Both the position numbers and the translations under genes were made by a program. From assembly GCF_006345805.1 (NCBI RefSeq), contig NC_043022.1, positions 4,898,001-4,962,000 on the forward strand: a stretch of DNA of 64,000 nucleotides, in the 5' to 3' direction. Of the stretch, positions 1-11,652 are shown piece after piece. Below the pieces are notes generated by a model. The model searched no databases. It saw only the letters and a list, made by a program, of their open reading frames with translations, and had not been told where the DNA came from. Every line of letters begins with the position of its first letter. The first letter of the stretch is position 1. Source of the DNA: Octopus sinensis. Taxonomy: Eukaryota.

Positions 1-573
1 GAAACTTGCTAAGGCTGGCTGGCTGGCTGGCTGGCCTGGTTTTGGATACCTGGATGGTCCGGCCTTGGCTTGTTGGCTGGAAACTGGCCTAGGCTGGCTG
101 CCTGGCTGGTTCTTGGCTGGCCCGGCCTTCACTTGCTGGCAGGCCTGGCCATGGCTGGCTGGCTGGCCCAGTTTTGGATACCTGGCTGGTCTGGCCTTGG
201 CTTGCTCGCTGGAAACTTGCTAAGGCTGATGGCTGACCCGGTTTTGGATACCTGGCGGTCCTGGGCTTGGCTTGCTGGTTGGCTGGTTTTTGGCTGCCTG
301 GCTGGCCGGTTCTTGGCTGCCTGGCTGACCAAGCCTTGGCTTGCTGTCTGGCCCAGTTTGGATATCTGCCTGACCTGGCCTTGGCTTGGTGGCTGGAAAG
401 TGGCCTAGGCGGGCTGGCTGTCCCAGTTTTGGATACCTGGCTGGTCCTGGACTCGGCTTGCTGGCTGGAAACTTGCCTAGGCTGGCTGGTTGGCCAAGTT
501 TTGGATACCTGGCTGGTCCCTGGCTTGATTTGCTGGCTGGAAACTGGCCTAGGCTGGCTGGCTGGCCGGTTCT

Positions 574-608
<35 letters not shown>

Positions 609-720
609 TCCGGTTTTGGATACCTGGCTGGCCAGGCCTTGGCTTGCTGGCTGGCCCGGCCTTGGTTGGCTGGCCTGGTTTGGATAGCTGGCTGGTCAAT
701 CCATTTGACTAAAATTCTTC
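1..720. repeat. GC-rich degenerate minisatellite (~65-130 bp units, core GTTTTGGATACCTGG, many CTGG/GCTGG)
   Basis: The core recurs near 41, 172, 241, 355, 426, 498, 613 and 677 with homologous intervening sequence. Confidence 0.9.
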
Positions 721-769
721 AATGCAGTGCCCCAGCATGACCAGTCAAATAACTGGAACAAGTAAAAAT

Positions 770-952
770 ATAAATCATGCATAACCACATTTCCTTGAGG
801 TTTCAATGATGTGATTGTTTATTTTTAGAATGGCATTGTAGGGTAGGTGTGAGAGGCTGGATCTGGGCAATGTGAACATAAATTAAGAAGAATATTTGGG
901 CAGGATATGGCTAATTTAACCCTTTAAGCATTCAGATTAATCTGTCAAATGT
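770..952. mobile_element. Fragments of a TTAACCCTTT-ended MITE family (related to 43847-44210), cut by the gap
   Basis: Reverse-complement similarity to 43850-43990, plus TTAACCCTTT at ~917. Confidence 0.6.
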
Positions 953-1052
953 NNNNNNNNNNNNNNNNNNNNNNNNNNNNNNNNNNNNNNNNNNNNNNNN
1001 NNNNNNNNNNNNNNNNNNNNNNNNNNNNNNNNNNNNNNNNNNNNNNNNNNNN
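953..1052. other. Assembly gap (100 N)
   Basis: Run of N. Confidence 1.
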
Positions 1053-1534
1053 CTCCTTCCTACACCACCAATACCACCACCACTATCACCACCATCATCA
1101 CTACCGCTACTACTACTGCCGCCCGTACCAAACTCTAAGACCCTAATCCCAACAAGTTGTTTAGTTCTAAAACTCTCCTAAACAGCTTAGCATTTCTTTA
1201 TTGATTATGGTTTCTGGGGGGGGGGGAAGAATTGGACAAGTTCCCCTCAGGCATTCTGGCTCCCACCTCCAACACATACATATATCTATGTGGGTGGGGG
1301 TGTATGCATATATGCATGTATGTATGCATGCATGTATATATGAACGTGTGTACATATGTGTGTGTGTAAATGTGTGTGTATGTATATACAGTGATACAGA
1401 AAGATGGATAGATAGATAGACATATGTATACACACATACAAACACACACATATATATATATTTATAATTATACATATACATACATTTATATATATGTATG
1501 TATATGCATACACACACACACAAACACATATATA

Positions 1535-2456
1535 CACAGACATGCAAGAAGTATGTAGACACCTTTAATATTCAAAATTTCTGATCTATGCATCTTAATA
1601 TGCTTTCGGCAGTGAAGAATTTACAATGTAATTATTCTTTTTCATTCCAGGTGCCATTAAATTAAACATTTTCGAAGAGTAACCTTGCCACGCACAAAAA
1701 TTTCAGCAGAACTGTCAGATTTTCAAAGAGGTCGTATTTTGGGGCAATCTGAGCTGGTCTCAGCCAGCAAAAAATTGCTAAAAATCTTCAAATTCCTCTT
1801 GCTACTGTTTATAGAATTATGGTGCAATTCAAAAGCCAAGGAAAAGAATCAACAGATTCTTGTCCCGACCAACCTGGGCCCTCAGAAAGGAAGCTTCAAT
1901 GTTTGAAGAAAATTGTGGAAAACGAACGCCATTCGAAGGATTCTGACATTGCAAAACAGCTAGAAGTTAGTCCAAGAATGTGGGTTACATATCTGCATAA
2001 GCTTGGATATTATGGACGATCAGCTAGGAGAAAACCTCTCCTTCAACCAATTAATATTATGAAAAGAAATGGGCTAAAGATATGTCAGAAAAATTTTGTT
2101 CAATTTGGAATAGAATGATTTTCTCAGATGAATCCAGATTTGTATTATTTTCAAAACAGTGGATGTGTTTGGGTCTGGAGGCTTCCCAATCAAGAATTTG
2201 ATTTGAAAATGGGATAAAAAAGCTTCCTTGGCTGAGTCAATCTCCTGACATGAACCCAATTGAAAATCTTTGGAGCATACTAGATAGAGCTATAGGAAAA
2301 ACTCAACAGAAACCTAAATCTAAAGATGAATTGTTTCGATTGTTGTGTGAAAAGTGGTCAAAAGTCCCACAAGAGACAATCACAAAGCGCATCAGTTCAA
2401 TGCCAAAAATAGTTTCTGAATTAAAAACTGCAAATGGAATGTCAACTAAATACTAA
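1535..2456 (+). pseudogene. Tc1-family transposon remnant, frameshifted and internally deleted transposase
   Basis: ORF pieces ELSDFQRGRILG, ARRKPLL, FSDESRF, SPDMNPIENLW and a C-terminal ...NGMSTKY. TIR-like TA|CACAGACATGCAAGAAGTATGTAGACACC at ~1533. The 3' end is replaced by a SINE. Confidence 0.9.
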
Positions 2457-2459
2457 AGT

Positions 2460-2637
2460 ATGTTTGACTGCGGCCATGCTGGAGCACCGCCTTTAGTTGA
2501 GCAAATCAACCCCAGAACTTATTCTTTGTAAGCCCAGTACTTATTCTATCGGTCTCTTTTGCCGAACCGCTAAGTGACGGGGACGTAAACACACCAGCAT
2601 CAGTTGTCAAGCAATGCTTGGGGGACAAAAACAGATG

Positions 2638-2671
<34 letters not shown>

Positions 2672-2842
2672 CATATATACGACAGGCTTCTTTCAGTTTC
2701 CGTCTACCAAATCCACTCACAAGGCATTGGTCTGCCCGGGGCTATAGCAGAAGACACTTGCCCAAGGTGCCACGCAGTGGGACTGAACCCAGAACCATGT
2801 GGTTGGTTAGCAAGCTACTTACCACACAGCCACTCCTGCGCC
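2460..2842 (-). mobile_element. Composite tRNA/CORE-like SINE (family AB: head + internal microsatellite + 3' module)
   Basis: Reverse complement of the GGCGCAGGAGTGGCTGTGTGG...GACTGAAACAAGTAAAAGAG element seen ~20 times in the window. Confidence 0.9.
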
Positions 2843-3139
2843 TATCGATTATATTTCAATTGTTCACTTTGCATATTAAATACAAGATTTTGAAAATTAC
2901 AGGTGTCTATTTACTTCCTGCATGTGTGTGTGTATACATATATAGACAGATAGATAGAAAAAGAGACCAATAAGATAAGCACCAGGCTTCAAAAAAATTT
3001 TAATGTGCTGAGGTCAATTCATTCAACTAAAAATTTAAGGTGGTGCCCCAGCATGGCCACAGTCTAATGACTGAAACAAGTAAAAGATAACATATAATAA
3101 AAGATATACATAATCAGAATGTATGGCCAGAAAAAAAAT

Positions 3140-3840
3140 TGAGGGTAAGGACTCCCTTCAGTCAAGAATGACCATAGGATTGCACCAAGAAAGTTCCCCT
3201 CCGAGGCAAGGTTGTTTATGGAAGACCAGCAGTCGTCCATGCATACCAGCCTCCCACCTCTTCATACCACTAATGTTATCCAAGGGAAAGGCAAAGGGGC
3301 CGATACAGCTTGGCACCTGTGACATTGCAACTCATTTCTACAGATGAGTGAACTGGAGCAATGTGAAATAAAGTGTCTTGCTCAAGAACACAACACAGCC
3401 TGGTCCGGGAATTGAACTCACTACCTTGTGATTGTGAGCCTGACATTCTAACCACTGAGCCAATGCACCTTCACATATACTCACACATGCACTCACTACA
3501 AAGATAGTATAAGGGTAAAGACCCCCTTAGGTCATGAATGATCATGGGATTGCACCTAGAAAGTTCCCCTCTGAGGCACAAGTCCAGGCAAGGTGGTTTA
3601 TGGAAGATCAGCAGTCGATCATGCATACCAGCCTCTCCTCTCCTCACCACTGATGTTACCCAAGGGAAAGGCAAAGGGGCTGATACAGCTTGGCACCCAT
3701 GACATCACAACTCATTTCTACAGTGAGTAAACTGGAGCAACATGATGTAAAGTGTCTTGCTCAAGAACACAACACACAGCCCAGTCTGGAATCGAACTCA
3801 CTGTCTCATGGTTGTGAGCCTGACACTCTAGCCATTGTGC
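3140..3840 (-). mobile_element. Two adjacent copies of tRNA-derived SINE family D (3140-3470, 3505-3840)
   Basis: Minus strand reads A-box TGGCTCAGTGGTTAG, B-box GAGTTCAATTCC, then GTGTTCTTGAGCAAGACACTTTAT. Homologous to 8990-9335. Confidence 0.85.
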
Positions 3841-4249
3841 TCCCTATAATATTTGGTACTTCAGGAAAGAACATACAGAATACTAGATATCTAAAATCTC
3901 AGGATTTAGAAATATATCATTGAGAAAATAGTAATTCCGGTTCCTTCTCTCTCGTATTTGAAGCCCTTCGTCTTGTCAAATAAGCCTGCCTCCCTCTCTT
4001 TTGTTGTTCTTCTCAGTCAGGGGGGGGTTAGTCTTGCAAGATGCACAAGTAACCTCTTTGGTGCTGATGTCACAACAAAAAAAAAACAGCACACGCGTCT
4101 CTCTCTGTTGAGTGGTTGGCATTAGAAAGGGCATGTAGCTGCCATAGAAACCATACTGAAGTGGAGATTGGGGGGGAGGGAGCAGAGGACTTGTTGGAAC
4201 ATACGAAACCCTCCGACCCATGCCAGTGTTGAACATGGACGTTAAATGT

Positions 4250-4740
4250 AGGAGGACGGGAAGAAGGAAGAAAGACATGGAGGAAGAAGAGAGGAGGAGG
4301 GGAAGAAAAAAGACGTGGAGAAGAAAGAGTTCAGAAGAAGAGAAGAAAAAGAAAGTGAAAAGGAACAGAAAAGAGCAAGGAGGAGAGGAGAGGAGGAGGG
4401 GAAGAAAGACGTGGAGGAGGAGGAGGGGGGAGAAGAAAGACGTGGAGGAAGAAGAGAGGAGGAGGGGAAGAAAAAAGACGTGGAGAAGAAAGAGTTCAGA
4501 AGAGAAGAAAGTGAAAAGGAACAGAGAAGAGCAAGGAGGAGAGGAGAGGAGGAGGGGAAGAAAGACGTGGAGGAGGAGGAGAAGAAAGAGATGCAAAAGA
4601 AGAGAAGGAGAAGAAAGAAGAAACTGAAAAGGAACATAGAAGAGCAAGAAGGAGGAGAGGAAGGAGAAGAAAGAAGAAACTGAAAAAGAACATAGAAGTG
4701 CAAGAAGGAGGAGAGGAAGGAGAAAAAGAAAAAATTCAGT
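4250..4740. repeat. Purine-rich GAA/GAG compound repeat with higher-order duplication
   Basis: Blocks such as AAAGACGTGGAGAAGAAAGAGTTCAGAAG recur. Confidence 0.9.
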
Positions 4741-4828
4741 TGTGTTGATGAGAAGCAGAAGTGAATTGCCATTTGTCAGAGTGATTTTTCATTAAAATGA
4801 CACGCACACACACACACACACACGTACA

Positions 4829-4863
<35 letters not shown>

Positions 4864-5680
4864 CTCATATACTTTGATAAACATGTTGTTTATTTAATGC
4901 TGTAATTCAAGCAGCAGTTATTAAAACAAAAATAATAACAAATCTCATAAATCAAAACAAAAGACCAAAAACCAAACAAAAACAAAAAAAAACCAGGAAC
5001 AAAACCGAATTTCTTGAGCTTATTCAGTTGCTTGTCATATTTTCCCCCCAAAACCATCTTTTTCAACTCTTCTATTTTTACTTATATTGTTTCATCGATT
5101 TATTTTATTTTATTTTTCTCTTATATTTCCTGTATGTTATTTCCGTTGTTATTTTTAAACGTTATCTGTTGTTTCCTTGAAACATCATTAATATTTCACA
5201 AATTTTCTTTATTTTTCTACATAATTTGTATCAATATTCACTTTACCAAATATCTCTTCCAATTTTTTTTTCTCTAACAGACAACTTTTCTGAAATTCTG
5301 ATTCATTTCCTTCCAAAATAAATACATCTCCTCTTTGATTCGGCAGAATTTCACAAAAATGTCTTCTTCACATTCTATTTTATAATTTCACTTTTTATTT
5401 TATTTTCTCTTCCTTTGATTATTCTTGTTTATTTTATTTTCGTTTTCCCATTTTTGGTGCAGTTTGTTTTTCAACAGAATATCATCGATACAGCTTTGTT
5501 GAATCAAAGACACAAGGCATGTTTTGTTACTTTTGCATTTCCTGCAAGAATTTTAACGCTTTTCTTCTTTGCACTGCAATCCAATTCCTTGGCTTTCTAA
5601 ACACTCATTCCATTAACACATATCTTAGGGAATAAAAAGAAAAAAAAATCGCCATTTTCTTACTTTAGAAAACAAGCTAA

Positions 5681-5718
<38 letters not shown>

Positions 5719-5724
5719 TCTTAA

Positions 5725-6135
5725 TAGAGTGGTGAGCTGGTAGAATCATTAGGACACCAGGCAAAATGCTTAGCAGTATTTTGTCTGTTGTTACATTCCG
5801 AGTTCAAATTCCACTGAGGTCAACATTGCCGTTCATCCTTTCAAGGTTGACAAATTAAGTACCAGTTGAGTACTAGGGTCGATGTAATCAGCTAGTCCCC
5901 TCCCCACAAATTTCAGGCCTTGTGCATTCAGTAGAAAGGATTATTATTATTATTGTTGTTGTTGTTGTTGTTGTGGTTGAGGCAGCAAGCTGGCAGAATC
6001 CTTAGGGGGCTGAGTCATTGTTTTGCTACATTTTGTCTGTCACTAGGTTCTGAGTTCAATTTCCACCGAGGTTAACTTTGCCTTTCATCTTTTCAAGGTC
6101 GATGAAATTAGTACCAGCTATGCACTGGGGTTGAT
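5725..6135 (+). mobile_element. Two diverged copies of SINE family C (Meta-domain-like core)
   Basis: GAGCTGG.AGAATC head, GAGTTCAAATTCC B-box, CTTTCATCCTTTC..GGTCGAT core. Confidence 0.75.
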
Positions 6136-6169
6136 GATTGGTCTATTGCCAGCATCCTCTGAGTGGCAG

Positions 6170-6570
6170 ATTAGGTATGATAAGGATGATGATGACGGTG
6201 ATGATGATGATGACAAAGGTGATGATGACCATGGTGATGATGATGACAACAGTGATGATGATGATGATGATGACAATAATAATGGAGATGATGATAAGGA
6301 TGATGATGACAGTGATAAGGGTGATGGTGATGATGACAAAGGTAATGATGACGATGGTGATGATGATAAGGATGATGATGACAGTGATAAGGGTGATGAT
6401 GACGGTGATGATGATGATGACAAAGGTAATGATGACGATGGTGATGATGATGACAATGGTGGTGGTGATGATTATGACTGATGATGATGACTGATGATGA
6501 TGACAATAGTGATGATGATGATGCCAACGACGACAGTGATGATGATGACAATGATGACAAAAATGTGTGG
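6170..6570. repeat. Compound (GAT)n microsatellite, homologous to 13075-13800
   Basis: GAT/GAC/GGT repeat with shared interruptions. Confidence 0.95.
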
Positions 6571-6761
6571 ACACGCGCTTAGATAATGCCACCTGCAACA
6601 ATTTGTGGGTTCCTTTTGTTAGGCTCGTCTTTCCGCAGCTCGTTAACTTTACCTTTCATCCTTTCGGAATCAATAAATTAAGTGAAACACTGGGATCAAT
6701 GTAATCGACTGGACCCCTCCCCTCAAATTCCAGGCCTTGTGCCTATAGTAATAAGGATTAT

Positions 6762-7290
6762 TACGTTCTGAGTTCAAATTCCGCCGAGGTCGACTTTACC
6801 TTTCATCCTTTCGGGGTCGATAAATTAAGTACCAGTTACGCACTGGGGTCGATGTAATTGACTTAATACCTATGTCTGTCCTTGTTTGTCCCCTCTATGT
6901 TTAGCCCCTTGTGGGTAATAAAGAAATAGGTATTTCGTCTGCCGCTACGTTCTGAGTTCAAATTCTGCCAGGGCGACTTTGCCTTTCATCCTTTCGGGGT
7001 CGATAAATTAAGTACCAGTTACACACTGGGGTCGATGTAATTGACTTAATACCTATGTCTGTCCTTGTTTGTCCCCTCTATGTTTAGCCCCTTGTGGGTA
7101 ATAAAGAAATAGGTATTTCGTCTGCCGCTACGTTCTGAGTTCAAATTCTGCCAGGGCGACTTTGCCTTTCATCCTTTCGGGGTCGATAAATTAAGTACCA
7201 GTTACGCACTGGGGTCGATGTAATTGACTTAATCCGTTCGTCCTTGTTTGTCCCCTCTGTGTTTAGCCCCTTGTGGGTAGTAAAGAAATA
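6762..7290 (+). mobile_element. Head-to-tail trimer of SINE C bodies (~183 bp period)
   Basis: Junction AAAGAAATA|GGTATTTCGTCTGCC at 6929 and 7112. Confidence 0.9.
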
Positions 7291-7312
7291 AAAATTATTA
7301 TTATTATTTTTA

Positions 7313-7500
7313 AGGCGGCGAGCTGGCAGAATCATTAATGTGCCGGGCAAAAATGTTTAGCAGCATTTCGTCCATCCTTACGTTCTGAGTTCAAATTCTG
7401 CCGAGGTTGACTTAGTTTTTCATCCTTTCAGGGTCGATGAAGTTGTCTTATCCCATCTCCCAAAATTGCTGTCCTTGTGGCAAAATTTGAAACTATTATT
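7313..7500 (+). mobile_element. SINE C, diverged
   Basis: GGCGGCGAGCTGGCAGAATC head and core. Confidence 0.75.
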
Positions 7501-7506
7501 ATAATA

Positions 7507-7677
7507 GGCGCAGGAGTGGCTTTGTGGTAAGTAGCTTGCTAACCAACCACATGGTTCCGGGTTCAGTCCCGCTGCGTGGCATCTTGGGCAAGTGTCTTCT
7601 GCTATAGCCCCGGGCCGACCAATGCCTTGTGAGTGGATTTTGTAGACGGAAACTGAAAGAAGCCTGTCGTATATATG

Positions 7678-7730
<53 letters not shown>

Positions 7731-7941
7731 TTGTGTGTCTGTGTTTGTCTCCCTAGCATTGCTTGACAACCGATGCTGGTGTGTTTACGTCCCTGTCACT
7801 TACCGGTTCGGCAAAAGAGACCGATAGAATAAGTACTGGGCTTACAAAAGAATAAGTCCTGGGGTCGAGTTGCTCGACTAAAAGCAGTGCTCCAGCATGG
7901 CCACAGTCAAAGGACTGAAACAAGTAAAAGAGAAAAGAGAG
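7507..7941 (+). mobile_element. SINE AB, full length
   Basis: Head, (AT)n(GT)n middle, 3' module ending AAAAGAG. Confidence 0.92.
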
Positions 7942-8609
7942 TATTATTATTTATTGCTTTCATGTTTGCTCTGACCAGACACGTTTCCAATTTGCTCTCA
8001 GCATTTAAAATTTTTTAATTGGAGAAACTGTGTGGAAAATCGTTAATTTTCTTTCTCTTTTATGTAAACTTTGAACATAAAAGGGTAAAGATTAATTTTT
8101 TATTTTTGCAGTTTTTCAACCATTTGGGAGAGGAAAAAAACAACAAGACTTTAATATCTAAAAGAAATTGTTAATTTTTGCTGTCAGACATTTGATTATA
8201 GTGATAAAAACAGGAAACCCCTTAAAATTTCTATAGGAAAAAAAAGACAAGCAAGCAGACAAGATAAATGTTTGTTCTTAAAATAGTGAAAAACAGAAAG
8301 AAGTGATATTTTTACAACTAAATACCTCCCTTAACAGCTATTCAACACACAAAAGTTATCCAAGCCAAAATGTTAAGAGAAAAAAATAAAAAATATTTTG
8401 CCAGTGCTGCTAGCCAAAAGGAAATTTTAAACAGGAGTTGACTAATGGAGAAGCTGTGAGAATGGCATAAATATGTGACCAAGGAAAATGCTTTCCTACT
8501 CATGGCTTTATACAAATTGACAGAGGAAGAGGAAAAGAAAATTAGGGAGGAGATTTTTTAGTTGCTCTCAAAATAGCATTTGAAGAAAGTCTTAGCTGAT
8601 GCATAAGGG

Positions 8610-8980
8610 TGTAACAGGATCTGGAATTGGTATCACTGAAGGGGTGTCGATCCGATCCCGTCACATACAATTTAGGTAGATATAACAGACAAAGTCAGGT
8701 TATCGGTGAAAGACAGCAGTGTTGTTTATTATTCGTGATGGTGTACGAATTTCTGAAGGGAAAACGACAGCCGAATCTGTTGTACAGCTTCTTGTTCGTT
8801 GGTTGAAGTGATTCGATGTCGTCCGCGGCTAAGTCGGTGTAGTTATCAGAGACTACCAAATGCACATCTGTTCACGATGGCTGAAATGGCCAGAGAGAGT
8901 GATCGAGTTGATCGAGAGTGATCGATGGTGTTCCTAAGGGGTCAGTTTCCCGCACATGCGCATGCGCGCTGAACCTTACA
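8610..8980 (-). mobile_element. Possible solo LTR (TGTAA...TTACA, 371 bp)
   Basis: TG..CA inverted termini, CpG-richer than the flanks, minus-strand AATAAA at ~8727. No matching TSD seen. Confidence 0.45.
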
Positions 8981-8989
8981 CAGTAGCAT

Positions 8990-9335
8990 CACTACAAGGG
9001 TAAAAGAGTGAAGACCTTCTTTAATCATGAATGACCATGGGATTGCACACAGAAAATTCTTCTTTGAGGCACAAGTCCAGGCAAGGTTGTTTATAAAAAA
9101 GACCAGCAGTCGCCCATACATATCAGCCTCTCCTCTCCATGCCACCGATGTGAAGGCAAAGGCCGATACAGCTTGGCATCAGTGATGTTGCAACTCATTT
9201 CAACAACTGAGTGAATAGGAGCAAAGTGACAAAGTGTCTTGCTCAGGGACACAACACACAGCCCAGTCTGAGAATCGAACTCACAACCCCACAACTGTAA
9301 GCCCAATGCTCTAACCACTAAGCCATGTGCCTTCA
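8990..9335 (-). mobile_element. SINE family D
   Basis: Homologous to 3140-3470. Confidence 0.85.
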
Positions 9336-9899
9336 CATAGGTGACATGTAGAACAACGTATATTGCATTGAACAAGCTGGGCATATGGGAACTTGGTGCT
9401 CCTTTCTGATTTAACAGTTCCAGTCAAACTGTCCAACCCATGCCAGCATGGAAAGCAGACGTTAAATGATGATGATGATAATGATATACATTCAATATAT
9501 ACATATATATATATACATGCATATACCAAACTGCTATATTTCTTCTCACATACACATACACACACAAGAAGACACATAAATCTGTACATACACAACCACA
9601 TACATACACATATACACACAAATTATATAGCCTAAATTCAAGTAACAGGAAGCGATGAGGCAACAGGTTCGGTTATATATGCCTACATATATACACTGGC
9701 TGAAAAGATGGTCAGACAAAGATAAAAGTCCCCATCAACACGTGCAATATAGACAGAAACTCTTTGACTGGTTTCAGCTTGTGAGCTGTGGCTATGTTTG
9801 GTAAGTTGGATCTATTAATATAAATACTTCTATATTTATATTTAAATATTCATCATCTGAATGTCATCAATCTTAGCTTTGTTTCTGTTGGCATGTACC

Positions 9900-10330
9900 A
9901 TCATCATCATCATCATCATTTAACATCCATTGTCCATGCTGGCATCGGTTGGACAGTTTGACCAGGGCTGGTAAGCTGGAAGGCTATACCAGACTCCACT
10001 GATTTAGCATGGTTTTCTATGGCTGGATGCCCTTCCTAATGCCAGCCACTCTGAGAGTGTAATGGGTGCATTTATGTCCCACCAGCACTGGTGCCATTTG
10101 TGTGGCCCCAATATCTATCATGACTGCACTTTTGCTCGGTTTGATGGGTCTTCTTCTCAAGCAAACATAATGCCAAAGGTCTTGGTCATTGCCTCCATGA
10201 GGCCCATCACTCACAAGGAATTCAGTCGCTCTTCAGATATCTGCCACGACTGCGATTTTGCTCAGTTTGATGGGTCTTCTTCTCAAGCGTGACATAATGC
10301 CAAAAGTCTTGATCATTGCCTCCATGAGGC
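9900..10330 (-). mobile_element. 3' end of an RTE-type LINE / RTE-tailed repeat with (ATG)n tail
   Basis: CATCATCAT tail plus the GGATGCCCTTCCTAATGCCA..CACT module shared with 15175, 16400, 17300 and 49770. Two degraded RT C-terminal pieces at 10140-10330. Confidence 0.65.
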
Positions 10331-10384
10331 CCAACACTCAAAAGGAATTCGCCCACTATGCCTCCAATGTGTATATATTGTGTG

Positions 10385-10760
10385 GAAGCACTCCGTCAGT
10401 TACGACGACGAGGGTTCCGGTTGATCCGAATCAACAGAACAGCCTGCTCGTGAAATTAACGTGTAAGTGGCTGAGCACTCCACAGACACGTGCACCCTTA
10501 ACGTAGTTCTCGGGGATATTCAGCGTGACACAGAGAGTGACAAGGCCGGCCCTTTGAAATACAGGTACAACAGAAACAGGAAGTAAGAGTGAGAGAATGT
10601 TGTGGTGAAAGAGTACAGCAGGGATCACCACCACCCCCTGCCGGAGCCTTGTGGAGCTTTAGGTGTTTTCGCTCAATAAACATTCACAACGCCCAGTCTG
10701 GGAATCGAAACCGCGATCCTATGACCGCGAGTCCGCTGCCCTAACCACTGGGCCATTGCG
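10385..10760 (-). mobile_element. tRNA-derived SINE family E
   Basis: Minus strand GCAATGGCCCAGTGGTTAGGGCAGCGGACTCGCGG...GGTTTCGATTCCCAG (A and B boxes). Near-identical to 14398-14770 and 42487-42818. Confidence 0.9.
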
Positions 10761-10765
10761 ACTCC

Positions 10766-10935
10766 GTGTATGTATTACTTAAAGTAGAAGAAAGTTGTGG
10801 ACGAGGGAGTCCCGGGAAGACATGGGATGAAGTACTGAAGGCCATTCTCAAAATGCTGAACCTTTTGAAAAAGATGACAGAGGGCCGAGATATGTGGCAC
10901 ATTGCTGTACTCGAGAAGACTTGCCCACCACAACA
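10766..10935 (+). pseudogene. RTE LINE ORF C-terminal fragment
   Basis: LKVEESCGRGSPGKTWDEVLK...RDMWHIAVLEKT resembles the RTE GRP.KTW...DR..WR tail. Confidence 0.65.
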
Positions 10936-11426
10936 GAATTCAGATCCTAAAACCAAGGTACTACTGAAAGAGGAATTGGTGTGTGTGTGAAATCTCAATC
11001 TGTATTTTTAGGATCACATGATTGGATAAGATGCTAGTGGTGCCTTGCAAGGTGCTGTACAGTGGGACTGAACCTGAAACCATGTGGTTGGAAAGCAAGG
11101 TTCTTACAACACAGCCATGCCTTTATATGTGTGTGTACATATGTGTGTGTGTATACACAGACACATATGCAAACATGCATATATATATACATACATACAT
11201 ATGCATTCAATATGTGATCGCATGTGTATTGTTGGCGATTTTTTTTCCTCCTTCTTCTCTTCCTTGGATCTTTCCTTTTTCTATGTTTCTGACAAAGAGC
11301 TCCGCTCGAAACATTAAATGCTAAGTTACGGGGGCGTAAACACACCAACATCGGTTGTCAAGCGATGTTGGGGGAACAAATACAGACACACAAACATACA
11401 CACACACACACATATATATATATATA

Positions 11427-11652
11427 CCGGAGTAAACACATAAATGTGAAACAAGGTGGAAAAAAGAGTACTCAAATACCAGTGGTAGAGTAATATGCTT
11501 TATTTAAAGCAGCAGAAAATTCAACAAAATCTGTTACTCTGAGTTTCTCGTTGCCGTTCATCAAACAGTTTTTCTAGCAAAAACTGTCTGATGAACAGCA
11601 ACGAGAAACTCAGAGTAACAGATTTTGTTGAATTTTCTGCTGCTTAAATAAA

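Noticed and set aside
1-720. ORFs of 108-159 aa on both strands, or a CRISPR-like array
   Set aside because: These are translations of a minisatellite, and the spacers are homologous to each other.
4220-4772. Glu/Arg/Lys-rich ORFs (also 46071, 48227, 61796)
   Set aside because: Translations of purine/pyrimidine simple repeats.
5530-5626. Minus-strand acceptor followed by YVLME*VFRKPRNW..., a possible selenocysteine exon (similar in-frame TGA at ~13019)
   Set aside because: No recognisable selenoprotein motif and no convincing SECIS stem downstream; chance is likely.
8200-8600. Possible decayed hAT/Buster transposase
   Set aside because: Only vague similarity; no motif could be read with confidence.
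10690-10760. tRNA gene (also other SINE heads)
   Set aside because: A and B boxes are present, but the sequence continues into SINE bodies in multiple copies with no complete cloverleaf.
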